A DNA stretch of 63,184 nucleotides, filler included, from Octopus bimaculoides (taxonomy: Eukaryota), in assembly GCF_001194135.2 (NCBI RefSeq). It is 9 parts of 9 records of this genome, joined end to end, with 100 filler letters (N's around TTAATTAATTAA, not from the genome) between each part and the next. Parts side by side here need not be neighbours in the genome. Positions count along the whole stretch, not along the records: positions 4,550 to 18,749 come from NC_068983.1; positions 18,850 to 25,297 come from NC_069001.1; 7 more parts are not named here. One strand, 5' to 3'. A program made the translations under genes and the position numbers. The notes beneath the pieces are model-generated. The model searched no databases. It was not told where the DNA came from and saw only the letters and a list, made by a program, of their open reading frames with translations. Shown here piece after piece: positions 12,738 through 24,688 of this stretch (position 1 is its first letter; each line of letters starts with the position of its first letter).

Positions 12738-13744
12738 NNNNNNNNNNNNNNNNNNNNNNNNNNNNNNNNNNNNNNNNNNNNNNNNNNNNNNNNNNNNNNN
12801 NNNNNNNNNNNNNNNNNNNNNNNNNNNNNNNNNNNNNNNNNNNNNNNNNNNNNNNNNNNNNNNNNNNNNNNNNNNNNNNNNNNNNNNNNNNNNNNNNNNN
12901 NNNNNNNNNNNNNNNNNNNNNNNNNNNNNNNNNNNNNNNNNNNNNNNNNNNNNNNNNNNNNNNNNNNNNNNNNNNNNNNNNNNNNNNNNNNNNNNNNNNN
13001 NNNNNNNNNNNNNNNNNNNNNNNNNNNNNNNNNNNNNNNNNNNNNNNNNNNNNNNNNNNNNNNNNNNNNNNNNNNNNNNNNNNNNNNNNNNNNNNNNNNN
13101 NNNNNNNNNNNNNNNNNNNNNNNNNNNNNNNNNNNNNNNNNNNNNNNNNNNNNNNNNNNNNNNNNNNNNNNNNNNNNNNNNNNNNNNNNNNNNNNNNNNN
13201 NNNNNNNNNNNNNNNNNNNNNNNNNNNNNNNNNNNNNNNNNNNNNNNNNNNNNNNNNNNNNNNNNNNNNNNNNNNNNNNNNNNNNNNNNNNNNNNNNNNN
13301 NNNNNNNNNNNNNNNNNNNNNNNNNNNNNNNNNNNNNNNNNNNNNNNNNNNNNNNNNNNNNNNNNNNNNNNNNNNNNNNNNNNNNNNNNNNNNNNNNNNN
13401 NNNNNNNNNNNNNNNNNNNNNNNNNNNNNNNNNNNNNNNNNNNNNNNNNNNNNNNNNNNNNNNNNNNNNNNNNNNNNNNNNNNNNNNNNNNNNNNNNNNN
13501 NNNNNNNNNNNNNNNNNNNNNNNNNNNNNNNNNNNNNNNNNNNNNNNNNNNNNNNNNNNNNNNNNNNNNNNNNNNNNNNNNNNNNNNNNNNNNNNNNNNN
13601 NNNNNNNNNNNNNNNNNNNNNNNNNNNNNNNNNNNNNNNCATTGTTGTCTATGGAAGAGTCATGTACTTAAGTGACAGGCATGACTCATAAAACAGTTTT
13701 CATAACAAATCAGTGAAACTCAGCCTAACAAGTGCCATACCTTT

Positions 13745-13875
13745 TGAGGAATTCTGTGAAGCAGAGGTCACAGATCTTGCTGGACTGTATCTGCCAAACC
13801 ATATCAAAATGATATGGATTATACTGCTCAGACGGTTTCCTCACATTCACCATTGCTAACCCTCAATTCACAGGA
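13745..13875 (-). repeat. Inverted copy of the CR1-associated 3' segment at about 11995-12125
   Basis: gaggaattctgtgaagcagaggtcacagatcttgctggact... is the diverged reverse complement of 11995-12125. Confidence 0.7.
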
Positions 13876-15164
13876 TGAATATGAAAAAAATTAGATAATC
13901 TTTTTAAAGAATATGATTTATTAACAACTATTAAAACTAATAGCACTATTGTTAATTTGTTAGCTGTTACTCCTTCCTTTTCTGATGGTCTCTATTACTT
14001 TATCATAAACTCAACTAAACTTTAAATTATATAATTATATATTTAAATAATATCCTAGAGGTATTGTTAATAATTTAATTAAAACCATATCCATGATTTT
14101 ATCTAATACAAAGTCGTATCTATCACTAAGCTGCCGGTAACAATATTTATTAAACATGCATGTACAATCATAAATTGCTCAAAGTTAATAATCATTTTTT
14201 AAAGTCTGCGATGCATCGTCTATATGTTGAAACACACACACACACACACTCAAACGAACGAACAAACAAACAACCAAACAAATAACTATCTGTATTATAT
14301 ATATATATACATGTATGGTGGTGTTCCTGATACTGGTGGTGCTCCAGCATGGCCACAACCTTTGGGCTGAAACGTGTAAAAGAATAAATGAAGAAAGAAT
14401 ATAGTCTTTTTTAAGTCTGTGTCGCATTGTGTTAACAAGCTTGCACTTAAAATTCCTGCGTTTATAATCAAAACTTGTTAGTTACAAAGGTAACAACACT
14501 ACTTATTTATCTCTCCCTCTCTCTCTGTATCTCTCAAGAACAATTAATTAAAAACATATCCCTTATTTTATCCAATATTTCAGCAAAAAATCAAAAGTTC
14601 CAAAAACCATTCACACTAATACCATGAGACTATTCTGAAATATCACAATACAATTCTAAGAAGGATAAGACTAGAAGTAGAGGAAACCCCAAAAAAAGAG
14701 TAACTTGTTGATGCACTCTTCCCTACAGTTAAAAAATTTCCATCCTTCTAGTGAAATTTTCCTTCTCTGTCCTTAGAAAAACTTCTCCCTTCACCAATAT
14801 TATTGTATCTTTAAGGACACTATCAAACTGCCATATTCTACTTCACCTAACTTTGAATGTAACATTACTACAGGTAACATAACTAAAATATACACAACTA
14901 AAAACCATACTACCCATAACTGTGATTTCAATAACTCTAGATTGTGCGCACTAGATTTTAATTGCTGAACTAAGAATAATGTTCTCAAGTGTAAAGTCGT
15001 CACACCTATCACAACTAAAGCTTATAATGGTTTCATTTCATATTCTTTCAAAGTAAGATTTTATTCTCATGTACATTTTTTTCAAGCATCCAAATAGAAA
15101 AATTTTTTTTTTTAATCATGAAACTGAGAGATGAAGGCACTTCTTCTTATATCAAATGGAATGT

Positions 15165-15385
15165 ATAAGGCAATGAACTGGCAGAATCGTTAGCATGCTG
15201 GGCAAGATTCCTTGCAGCATTTTGTCTGTCTTTACATTCTGAGTTCAAATGTCATCAGGGTCGACTTTGCCTTTCATCCTTTCAGGATCGATAAAATAAG
15301 TACCAGCTCAACACTGAGGACGATCTAATTGACTTAGCCCCTCCTTTGAAATTGCTGGCCTTGTGCCAAAATTTCAAACCAATGT
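15165..15385 (+). mobile_element. tRNA-derived SINE, family C (other copies about 16087-16285, 16318-16510, 19325-19510 and 21290-21435, all on the minus strand)
   Basis: Head aaggcaatgaactggcagaatcgttagca...gagttcaaat, core gtcgactttgcctttcatcctttcaggatcgataaaataagtacc, tail gctggccttgtgccaaaatttcaaacc. Five or more diverged copies in the window. Confidence 0.8.
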
Positions 15386-15769
15386 TAAATGGAATATAGA
15401 TAAATATGCTCCTTCTTCCATGGGTAATTGAAAGCTTGGAACTTACATACAGAAGAAGCAAAGCAAATTCTATTTTCTAATAGCCCTTAAATAAATGTTT
15501 TAAATTCATTATGTCTAGTAGTCATAAATTCTGAGAGCTTTCCTGAGTTTCAAATCCACTTCCAATTAAGTATTATGTGTTATGCAATCAGTATTTTAAC
15601 AATGATACAACCTGCAGTTTTTCCAATTATTGCTTTCATTTCTATCATCAACTTTTAACTTCTTTCTATATTTGCAACTGAACTTTCCATTTCAGATTAT
15701 AATTGTACATATGCAGTTCTTTTTCCATGCCCTTGTAGATATGGATACATCTATATATATATATATAAT

Positions 15770-15990
15770 TAATCCAAATAAAGGACCAAAGAAAAAATGC
15801 CACAAGAAAAAAACAACGCAAAGACATGGTACATGCAAAGTATTAACAGACGCTCAGAGAAGGAAAGAAAGGTAGTTTTACGTTTCAAGCAAAGCTCTTC
15901 TTCGGAAACAGGAGACAGAGGAAAGCCCAAGAGGAAAAGAAGACAGAGGTAAAATATTGCCAATAATCCACATGTAGTTACATTTATATG
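15770..15990 (-). repeat. Interspersed repeat resembling a Penelope pseudo-LTR, with a hammerhead-like motif at 15875-15909
   Basis: Minus strand reads GTTT-CCGAAGA-A-GAGC-TTT-GCTT-GAAAC-GTA-AAAC. The family assignment is inferred from this motif only. Confidence 0.45.
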
Positions 15991-16002
15991 CATAAAATAT
16001 AT

Positions 16003-16051
<49 letters not shown>

Positions 16052-16920
16052 ATATATAATACGATATTAATATGATATTTATATTATCGGTTTCAAATTT
16101 TGGTACAAGGCCAGCAATTTCAGGGGGGTGGGTAAGTCAATTACATTGACCTCAGTGCTCAACTGGTATTTGTTTGATCGACTCCTGCAAGGATGCAAAG
16201 CAATGTCGGCCTCAGCAGAATTTGAACTAAGAACATAATGGAGGACGAAATGCTGCTAAGCACTTCTGCCTGGCATGCTAATGATTTTGTCAGATAGCTG
16301 CCTTTATTAAGATTAACATTGATTTCAAATTTTGGCACAAGACCAACAATTTCAGGGGAGAAGGTAAGTTTTTGACATCAACCCCAGTGCTCATGAGATG
16401 CTTGTTTTATCAATTCCACAAGGATGAAATGCAAAGTCAACCTCGATGTAAAGACGGAAAAAATACCTCTGAGCATTTTGCCCTAATGATTCTGTCAGCT
16501 CACCGCCTTTATTTATTGACATGATATTCATACATAGATGCTTCTGTGTAGATATACATCTGCAAGTCTCTATGTTTATATCTGTTTATATTTACACACA
16601 CACACACACATAAATTTGTAGGACTTATGCATGCAACTGTGTATGTACGTATATTATCTCTATATATTATATATTATCTCTATATATTTATACATATATA
16701 CATACAAGAGAATATGTCCAAGGAAAATAAAAAGAATTTATTATAATATAAATTACACAGACTTTACACATATTACGCTAGCGTATATTAGCATGCTATA
16801 CAGTAATCGTTACATAGAGTTTATAACACCATATTGTCAGGAGAAAATAGTAATTTAATCCATTGTTAGTTTCCAATGTCAGTTGGTAGACAGAGCCAAT
16901 CCAAAAACTGCTTGTTTTTA

Positions 16921-17290
16921 TTCTTTTATTTGTTTCAGTCATTTGACTGCAGCATGCTGGAGCACCGCTTTTAGTCGAACAAATCGACCCCAGGACTTAT
17001 TCTTTGTAAGCCTAGTACTTATTTTATCAGTCTCTTTTGCCAAACCGCTAAGTTACAGGGACATAAACACACTAACATTGGTTGTCAAGCGATGGGGGGG
17101 GGGACAAACACATACATATATATACGATGGGCTTCTTTCAGTTTCCATCTACCAAATTCACTCACAAGGCTTTGGTTGGCCCAAGGCTATAGTAGAAGAC
17201 ACTTGCCTAAAGTGCCATGCAGTGGGACTGAACCCGGAACCATGTGGTTGGTAAGCAAGCTACTTATCACACAGCCACTCCTGTGCCTAT
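16921..17290 (-). mobile_element. tRNA-derived SINE, family A, near full length
   Basis: Minus strand starts ataggcacaggagtggctgtgtgataag (A-box-like) followed by ggttccgggttcagtcccac (B-box-like). Matches 7847-8187. Confidence 0.9.
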
Positions 17291-17799
17291 GGTAGGTTCA
17301 TCTACATATAGCAGTTAAGGAAATGGATTTTATTATTTTATCAATGAGGGAGAGAGAGATTGGTAATACGTGCAGCCAGCGTGTCTCAGAAAGAGAATAT
17401 ATTCAGCTCCTAAACTATCCAAATCAAAAAATTTATCAAGTTAATGGTGATAAATAGTGAAAAAAAATCAGTGGCAGTAAAGGGTTATGCACAGATTTGT
17501 ATTCACACATATGAGGTAGTGCAAGTCAAAATACTCGCTCACAGTCTATTTCTATCACTGTATCATTGACCACATAGCATACTAATATACACTAGTGAAA
17601 CACATCAAAATTATGTAATTTCTGATATAATAAAAATTTCCAACTGAATTTCCAGTTTTATCCTGCTCTTGCATGCATGCAAGCATAAAGGCATGCATAG
17701 ATACATACATAACCAGAAAGGAGAAAGCTAATTCAAAAACTACAGATCCAATCCATCACTGGAACTGTAAAAATCTGACAACTTTCCAGAAGTTTATTA

Positions 17800-18275
17800 C
17801 CGTAAATCCTCGAGTATAGTCCGCCCTTGAGTATAATAACAGGGGATTTTTAGGGGGCTGTACCTCTGAAAAACTTAAACCTTGTGTACATAATACGCAC
17901 CCCTTCTCTAATTTGAGTCAAGAAGGTCTATATAACATCCTTGGTTTGTAAACATATATACGATAACGTCCTTTATTATTATTGTATATATATAACATAA
18001 TGCAAATGTGTAGCTTTTTTGTGCACTTTGTTTGCAGAAAATAAAGAAATAACAGTAATAACGTCAGCGAAAAATAAATATTAAATAAATTGCCTTTACA
18101 TATTTATCACTATCTGTTACAAGCCCGACATCACAAAATGTGTCGGACAGCAAATAGAGACTTGGATATTGCTTAGAAAATATTTTTCATTTTTAACCTC
18201 ATATATAGTACGCACTAGGGATTTTGACCTTTAAATTTTGGGAAAAAAATGCGGATTATACTCGAGGATTTACGG
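17800..18275. mobile_element. Non-autonomous Tc1/mariner-superfamily (Tc2-like) DNA transposon, 476 bp
   Basis: Perfect 19-bp TIRs CCGTAAATCCTCGAGTATA / TATACTCGAGGATTTACGG, with a TA target duplication on both sides (17798-17799 and 18276-18277). Confidence 0.92.
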
Positions 18276-18289
18276 TATTTAAATATATA

Positions 18290-18485
18290 TGAACATGTAT
18301 AGATATGTAACTATATGCATGAGAATACATATATAAAACATACAAATCTGCACATACTTACATACATATATACAAAAATACCCTGATATTGATGTTGAAA
18401 TTCCAATGAAGGAAACTTGGATTTAGGTTAGAAACCGGCTCTTTCTCTATTGCCAAGAAATCTTGAAATAAACTGAATAATGATG
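18290..18485 (+). mobile_element. 3' UTR fragment of the RLE-type retrotransposon at 49130-49760 (another copy at about 22180-22350)
   Basis: Shared block tgatgttgaaattccaatgaagga..cttggat...gaaaccg...tttctctattg.caagaaatcttgaaataaactgaata in all three copies. Confidence 0.8.
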
Positions 18486-18537
18486 TACATACATAAACAG
18501 GCAATCTTCACTTCAAGTTGTTTAGTTTAGTGGCATT

Positions 18538-18749
18538 ACATCATCATCATCATCATCATCATCGTTTAACGTCCGCTTTCCATGCTAGCATGGGTTGAAC
18601 GATTTGACTGAGGACTGGTGAAACCGGATGGCAACACCAGGCTCCAGTCTAATTTGGCAGAGTTTCTACAGCTGGATGCCCTTCCTAACGCCAACCACTC
18701 AGAGAGTGTAGTGGGTGCTTTTACGTGTCACCCGCATGAAAACGGCCAC
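18538..18749 (-). mobile_element. 3' end of an RTE-family element with (GAT)n tail (near-identical copy at 62985-63184; diverged plus-strand copy at about 34600-34818)
   Basis: Homologous to the 3' UTR and tail of the RTE at 26093-27022 (cagcatggaaagcggacgttaaacgatgatgat). Confidence 0.88.
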
Positions 18750-18849
18750 NNNNNNNNNNNNNNNNNNNNNNNNNNNNNNNNNNNNNNNNNNNNTTAATTA
18801 ATTAANNNNNNNNNNNNNNNNNNNNNNNNNNNNNNNNNNNNNNNNNNNN

Positions 18850-19200
18850 CTCCTTCGTCATCTGCTTCCTCCCCATCAGCTGTCGCTTTACGACTGCTCG
18901 CTTCGTTCTCGGAGGCATCGATTTGACTCGCCTCGTTCTGACTTGCCTCTTCGACATTTGTGTCCAATGAAGCTGTCCTGCTCACCTGCGTAGCCACAGA
19001 TTCCATGGGTAATGAAAGGTTCGCCAGATCACTGAGATTGCGAATCTCCTCATCGTTTATCTGAGATGCCAATTCGCTCTCTTCTCGCTCAATTTCTTTT
19101 TCGATTTTGATAATACTTGGTGATTCCAACCCAAACTTGTAGCCAATTCTTGCCAGTTCCAGTAAACACACAACCACTGGTTTTTCTTGTCTGTGGCACA
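18850..19200 (-). CDS. GAS2: GAS2-family exon: end of the CH domain plus an acidic linker; 3' end runs into a gap
   Basis: Acceptor tttttttcatacAG|TG completes G+TG=Val. Reads VCHRQEKPVVVCLLELARIGYKFGLESPSIIKIEKEIEREE, matching GAS2 '[20 protein letters not shown]...LIKLEKEIEQEE', and stays open to the gap at 18850. Confidence 0.93.
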
Positions 19201-19825
19201 CTGTATGAAAAAAATATAAACAGAGATATAAATAATATTATGAATTTATTATCTCGTTAATAAAATAGACAGTAGTTTTCAATTTAGATAATTATTTTAC
19301 ATACACATACAGGTATACATTTATTGGTTTCAAATTTTGACACAAGGCCAGAAATTTCGTGGAATGGGGCTAAATCGCTTAGATTCACCCTAGTGCTCAG
19401 CTATTTTATCGATCCCGAAAGAATAAAAGCTAAAGTCGACCTCGGCGGAATTTGAACTCAGAACATAACGACATACGAAATGTCGCTAAACATTGAGGGA
19501 TGCGTCTAATAATGACGGTACTGTTCGTCCAGGATTGTTGATCTGGTGATTTACCTGAACAAAGATGTCTTTTTTTTTTTTTTTTTTTTTGCTTTATTCT
19601 AGTTGCTTCAGTCAGTGGATGCAGCCAAGATGGAGCATCTCCTTGAAGGAAGAATTTAATCAACGAAGGATGGAACGCTTTTGATTATAGGGTTACTCAG
19701 CCAGTGCTGTAGAGGTCCAAACAACCGCACCACCACCGCTACTACTACCACCACTACCAACTACAACTACTACTTCAGCAACAACAGTAACAGCAGCAAC
19801 AACAACAACAAAAAGGGGGACTTAC

Positions 19826-19967
19826 CGAGATCCTCCGATTCAAACATGCAGCCCTCGTTAATACCAAAATCACGGCACCAACGTAGAAACGTGGCAGCAT
19901 TGTCTCTGGCGAACCAGGTCCCAGATTTGGCGCTTTCTCTGTAGCGGAACTTTAGTCTTGGTATGGG
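19826..19967 (-). CDS. GAS2: GAS2-family CH-domain exon (142 nt)
   Basis: Acceptor ccttcttctttgcAG|CCC (phase 0) and donor CTCG|GTAAGT (phase 1). Reads PIPRLKFRYRESAKSGTWFARDNAATFLRWCRDFGINEGCMFESEDL, with the GAS2 hallmark 'FFARDNxxxFLxWC...LFESE'. Confidence 0.95.
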
Positions 19968-20123
19968 CTGCAAAGAAGAAGGACAGCTGGAATAGTATAG
20001 TGATTAGGGAGGTACTTCTGGGAGCTTGTGTCATATAGGGGATAAGAGAATGAAGGTGAGGTGGGGGGATAAACCGAGAGACAGACAGACAGACAGATAG
20101 ATAGATAGATAGATAGATAGATA

Positions 20124-20755
20124 TGTTTCTTTATTAGCCACACAGGGCTGAACACAGAGGGGACAAGTCACAAAGTAGAGCTTTTCTTTCGGGGAGGAGA
20201 AGGAAGGAAAAAAATTGAGTGGGGGGTATGTNNNNNNNNNNNNNNNNNNNNNNNNNNNNNNNNNNNNNNNNNNNNNNNNNNNNNNNNNNNNNNNNNNNNN
20301 NNNNNNNNNNNNNNNNNNNNNNNNNNNNNNNNNNNNNNNNNNNNNNNNNNNNNNNNNNNNNNNNNNNNNNNNNNNNNNNNNNNNNNNNNNNNNNNNNNNN
20401 NNNNNNNNNNNNNNNNNNNNNNNNNNNNNNNNNNNNNNNNNNNNNNNNNNNNNNNNNNNNNNNNNNNNNNNNNNNNNNNNNNNNNNNAATCAACCCAACA
20501 GGGGACCTTTAGGTCCTCGTGGGAAAACCCACAAAAGCCACGGGGGCTTCTCCTTTTATTCCTTTCACACTGGCCATTCTTCCAGTATTCACCCACCTAT
20601 CAACAAACTTGCTAGAAGGCAACACTTCCCTCTCCAGCCTCAGCTTCCTTTTCAAGTGAAACTTGAAGAAGTTGATGAGGGCTTGGCCAAAGAGGAAAAT
20701 GCCTGACTTTAGCCCTTTCAGACGAGTCCGATGCAATACTAGTCACTGGTTCTCA
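20124..20755 (-). mobile_element. 3' end fragment of the same Tx1-like LINE family, inside GAS2 intron; spans a gap
   Basis: Minus strand catcaacttcttcaagtttcacttgaaaagg...ggaagtgttgcctt matches 4381-4442. After the gap it ends in ...gctaataaagaaacat followed by (ATCT)n. Confidence 0.75.
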
Positions 20756-21468
20756 TTGCTTCTGATCTTAACTGATTGGAAGTGTTATCATATGCATGTT
20801 TTGTTTTGGTATAAAAGATGGGTTACAGCAAATATTCTGCACAATACCATAGATTTGCTTGTCAGTTGTTTGACCTTAACCAGTTGAGCATGTCCCTTAG
20901 TGGCTGACGATATGTGCATCTCTGATCAGGGGCAGACGTAGTGGGAAAGCATCATAGCCATGTGTTGAGGGGAATTTTTTGAGGTTTGAATAATTCATCT
21001 CTGGAAACATGAGTCTTTCATTAAAATATCCTTAAACAAACCTTATTCAGAGACCTTTTGAGTGGGATGGGCTACTCGACCCGAAAAAAGTTGTAACTGG
21101 GTCCCACCTGCAAGGTCATGTGCTGTTTATCTTGATATCAGATCGCCATGTTGAGCAGATATAGTTGTGATGCACGTGCTTGGTGACAATTATCAGACGG
21201 GTAGTCATGATGGGTATGTTGGGCTTCGTATATTTGTACCTCAGTGTCACTTTGAATGCATACACTGCTCTCTTCCTCAATAATAATAGTGGTTTCTAAT
21301 CTTGGAACAAGGCCAGCAATTTTTGAGGGAAGGGGGATTAGTCGATTTTATCGACTGCAGTATTTTACTGGCATATCACTTTATTGATCCCAAAGGGCTG
21401 AAAGGTGAGGTTGACCTTGGTAATGTTTGAACTCCTCAAATACAATTTTTCACACCACCCACCTAACG

Positions 21469-21503
<35 letters not shown>

Positions 21504-21680
21504 GCCAGTCCCCGTTCAATTCCGCTTCCAGACACGGATTCACTCTTTCACTTGCATCTACAGACCTTCCACATTCTCGATTCTTGTTAAACACGTCACT
21601 GGAACAGTACTTCCACCTGGGGCCAGAAGAAATGCTACAAAGCATTTCGTCCGATTGAGTGAATACATCTGTCATCTTAC

Positions 21681-21802
21681 CTCTGTGTACTTCCCTTCTT
21701 TGTATGCGGCTTCAGCCTTTAATTGGATAAGGTGTGCCAGCCGGCAGAGGGCAGCACCATTGTCGAGGGCCTCCATAAAGGTTTCGGTCGTTATTGTAAG
21801 GT
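21681..21802 (-). CDS. GAS2: GAS2-family CH-domain exon (122 nt)
   Basis: Acceptor ttctttgtctttcAG|AC and donor GAG|GTAAGA. Reads (D)LTITTETFMEALDNGAALCRLAHLIQLKAEAAYKEGKYTE, which resembles GAS2 '[20 protein letters not shown]'. It is absent from the ORF track and was read manually. Confidence 0.93.
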
Positions 21803-22054
21803 CTGAAAGACAAAGAAGGATTAAACAGACGTCTCTTTCTCATTCCCTTTTTGCTTCTCTCTTTCTTTCTTTCTTCTGATGACAGATTAACACCCGAAAC
21901 GTTAACATGCATTCTCTTTCTTTTAAAATGTTAAGCTAGTGTACTATTTACCAAATTTTGTTTCTCCTGTGTTATCCTTTTATTGTTCATTATATTTACA
22001 CACACACACACACACACACACCACACAAGCACACATATATATGCATATATATAC

Positions 22055-22086
<32 letters not shown>

Positions 22087-22556
22087 GCGTGTGTGTGTGT
22101 GTGTAAAAATCATATCCAAGTACGGGCAAGGATGAAAGTAAATCAGAACAATCAGGCTGTGAAACGGCTATCATCTGACATGATGAGGTAATCACCATCA
22201 TATGTATGCATACATACATACATACATACATACATACATACAAAAATACCCTGTTGTTGATGTTGAAATTCCAATGAAGGAGCCTTGGATCCACGTTGGA
22301 AACCGATTTTTTCTCTATTGGCAAGGAATCTTGAAATAAAACTGATCAATGACATACATACATACATGCATATGTGCGTATGTATATTCAAATTCCTTAT
22401 AGTTTAGTCGGCGGTAAAGCGTAGTGCCCTTAACTCCATTCTTCCCTGATGCATTCGGGAGGAAGAGAGATAACTTTCCGCAGACGAAACGGAAGCCCAA
22501 CGCTCTAACGACCCACGCACATACATACACAACTTTAATATCATAAAATGCCTCAC

Positions 22557-22594
22557 CCAGAATCCTCTGCAGCCAATCGGCTAGGTCCTCCTTC
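22557..22594 (-). CDS. GAS2: GAS2-family protein, partial coding exon at the start of the CH domain; 5' part hidden in the gap 22595-23405
   Basis: Reads KEDLADWLQRIL+G, matching the GAS2-family 'KEDLAxWL' motif. Ends at donor CTGG|GTGAGG (phase 1), which joins the next exon's AC to make GAC (Asp). The symbol is family-level only; GAS2 versus GAS2L is not resolved. Confidence 0.85.
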
Positions 22595-23405
22595 NNNNNN
22601 NNNNNNNNNNNNNNNNNNNNNNNNNNNNNNNNNNNNNNNNNNNNNNNNNNNNNNNNNNNNNNNNNNNNNNNNNNNNNNNNNNNNNNNNNNNNNNNNNNNN
22701 NNNNNNNNNNNNNNNNNNNNNNNNNNNNNNNNNNNNNNNNNNNNNNNNNNNNNNNNNNNNNNNNNNNNNNNNNNNNNNNNNNNNNNNNNNNNNNNNNNNN
22801 NNNNNNNNNNNNNNNNNNNNNNNNNNNNNNNNNNNNNNNNNNNNNNNNNNNNNNNNNNNNNNNNNNNNNNNNNNNNNNNNNNNNNNNNNNNNNNNNNNNN
22901 NNNNNNNNNNNNNNNNNNNNNNNNNNNNNNNNNNNNNNNNNNNNNNNNNNNNNNNNNNNNNNNNNNNNNNNNNNNNNNNNNNNNNNNNNNNNNNNNNNNN
23001 NNNNNNNNNNNNNNNNNNNNNNNNNNNNNNNNNNNNNNNNNNNNNNNNNNNNNNNNNNNNNNNNNNNNNNNNNNNNNNNNNNNNNNNNNNNNNNNNNNNN
23101 NNNNNNNNNNNNNNNNNNNNNNNNNNNNNNNNNNNNNNNNNNNNNNNNNNNNNNNNNNNNNNNNNNNNNNNNNNNNNNNNNNNNNNNNNNNNNNNNNNNN
23201 NNNNNNNNNNNNNNNNNNNNNNNNNNNNNNNNNNNNNNNNNNNNNNNNNNNNNNNNNNNNNNNNNNNNNNNNNNNNNNNNNNNNNNNNNNNNNNNNNNNN
23301 NNNNNNNNNNNNNNNNNNNNNNNNNNNNNNNNNNNNNNNNNNNNNNNNNNNNNNNNNNNNNNNNNNNNNNNNNNNNNNNNNNNNNNNNNNNNNNNNNNNN
23401 NNNNN

Positions 23406-23459
<54 letters not shown>

Positions 23460-23873
23460 TTTGCTTGTGTTTGTGTGTTGTCTCTGCGTGTGTGCTTGTG
23501 TGTGTTTGCGTGAGTGTTTGTGTGTTTCTCTGCATGTGTGTTTGTGTGTGTTTATCTGTGTATGCATGTGCTTTTGTGAGAGGATGCCAATGTGTAACTC
23601 TGTGTATGTGTGTGTGTGGGAGGGTGTTTGTGTATGTGTGTGTGTGCGTGTGTATGTGTTGGTACGTTAGAACTTAAGTGTTATGTGCGTTTCAATGTGT
23701 CAGTGTGTGTGCGTGGTGGAGGCGGCGTTTCTATGTTTGTGTACGTATGTGCGTGTGTATGTACGTGATACGTGCGAAAGTCTGTATATAATAGTATGTG
23801 CGTATGTGTGTGTATGCGTGAAGTGCGTGTGCGCGCACGCGTTTCTTTGTACACATTGCATGCTCGTGTTGTC

Positions 23874-23906
<33 letters not shown>

Positions 23907-24688
23907 GCAGTAGTAGTAATAGTAGTAGTAGTAGTTTCGGATACAATTTTAGGTTAACGATGTGTAGTATTTTTTTTGGTTTTGTGGGTGGGTGTTGTTT
24001 ATTCATTTTTGTGTGTGATGTTCTCATAAATCCCCTTCCTGACCCAGCAAACAAAATGGGAAAGGGTTTGATGCCCATGTTTGTGAGCCTCGTGAATGCC
24101 ACTGTGGATCCACTGTATATTCTTTCGGCCTCCAACCACTATCATGCTGTCATGGTGCTGGTCGCCTTCCATGCCATGGTGCCCTTAACAAGATCATAAA
24201 GTATGGCCCAGACGCCGTAGGTTCCCTTTCGTAGCACGAGCCAGCGGGGCTGGACAAAGTGGGGCGGTAAAAGACCATATATGACAATTTTCCCATTCCG
24301 TGGTGACAGACACGTGATCTGGTATACCACATGCTGTGGTACCTTTTCCAGCGGCAACTTGGTGAGGTCAGCCTCCCGCCCAGGCTCCGCTGCTTCTCCG
24401 GCTGAGAAAAAACGCAAACCGCCACGGTATCGGTCGCTTTCCGACAGGTATACGGTCGAGCTTGTTACTGTTGAGACCTCTAGCGTTCTTGGCCCCTAGA
24501 CCATATCCCTGCTCACCGCTGTCCGGGCAGAGATTGCTGCCTGTAATTGCAGGCCCTGTGAGTCAGAGTGGCTGTTTCGGCGCATCTCTCTCGGAATCCT
24601 CTGCCTTTTCATACATAATGTAACTTCTATGATATTATCCACTGTATCCATCGTTTTGAAGACGATAGGAAGATATGGCTGCTATTTC

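Noticed and set aside
22315-22556. In-frame continuation of the KEDLADWL exon (GEAFYDIKVVYVC...)
   Set aside because: A GTGAGG donor at 22556 splices in phase to the 21802 exon and restores GAS2 homology, so the read-through is intronic.
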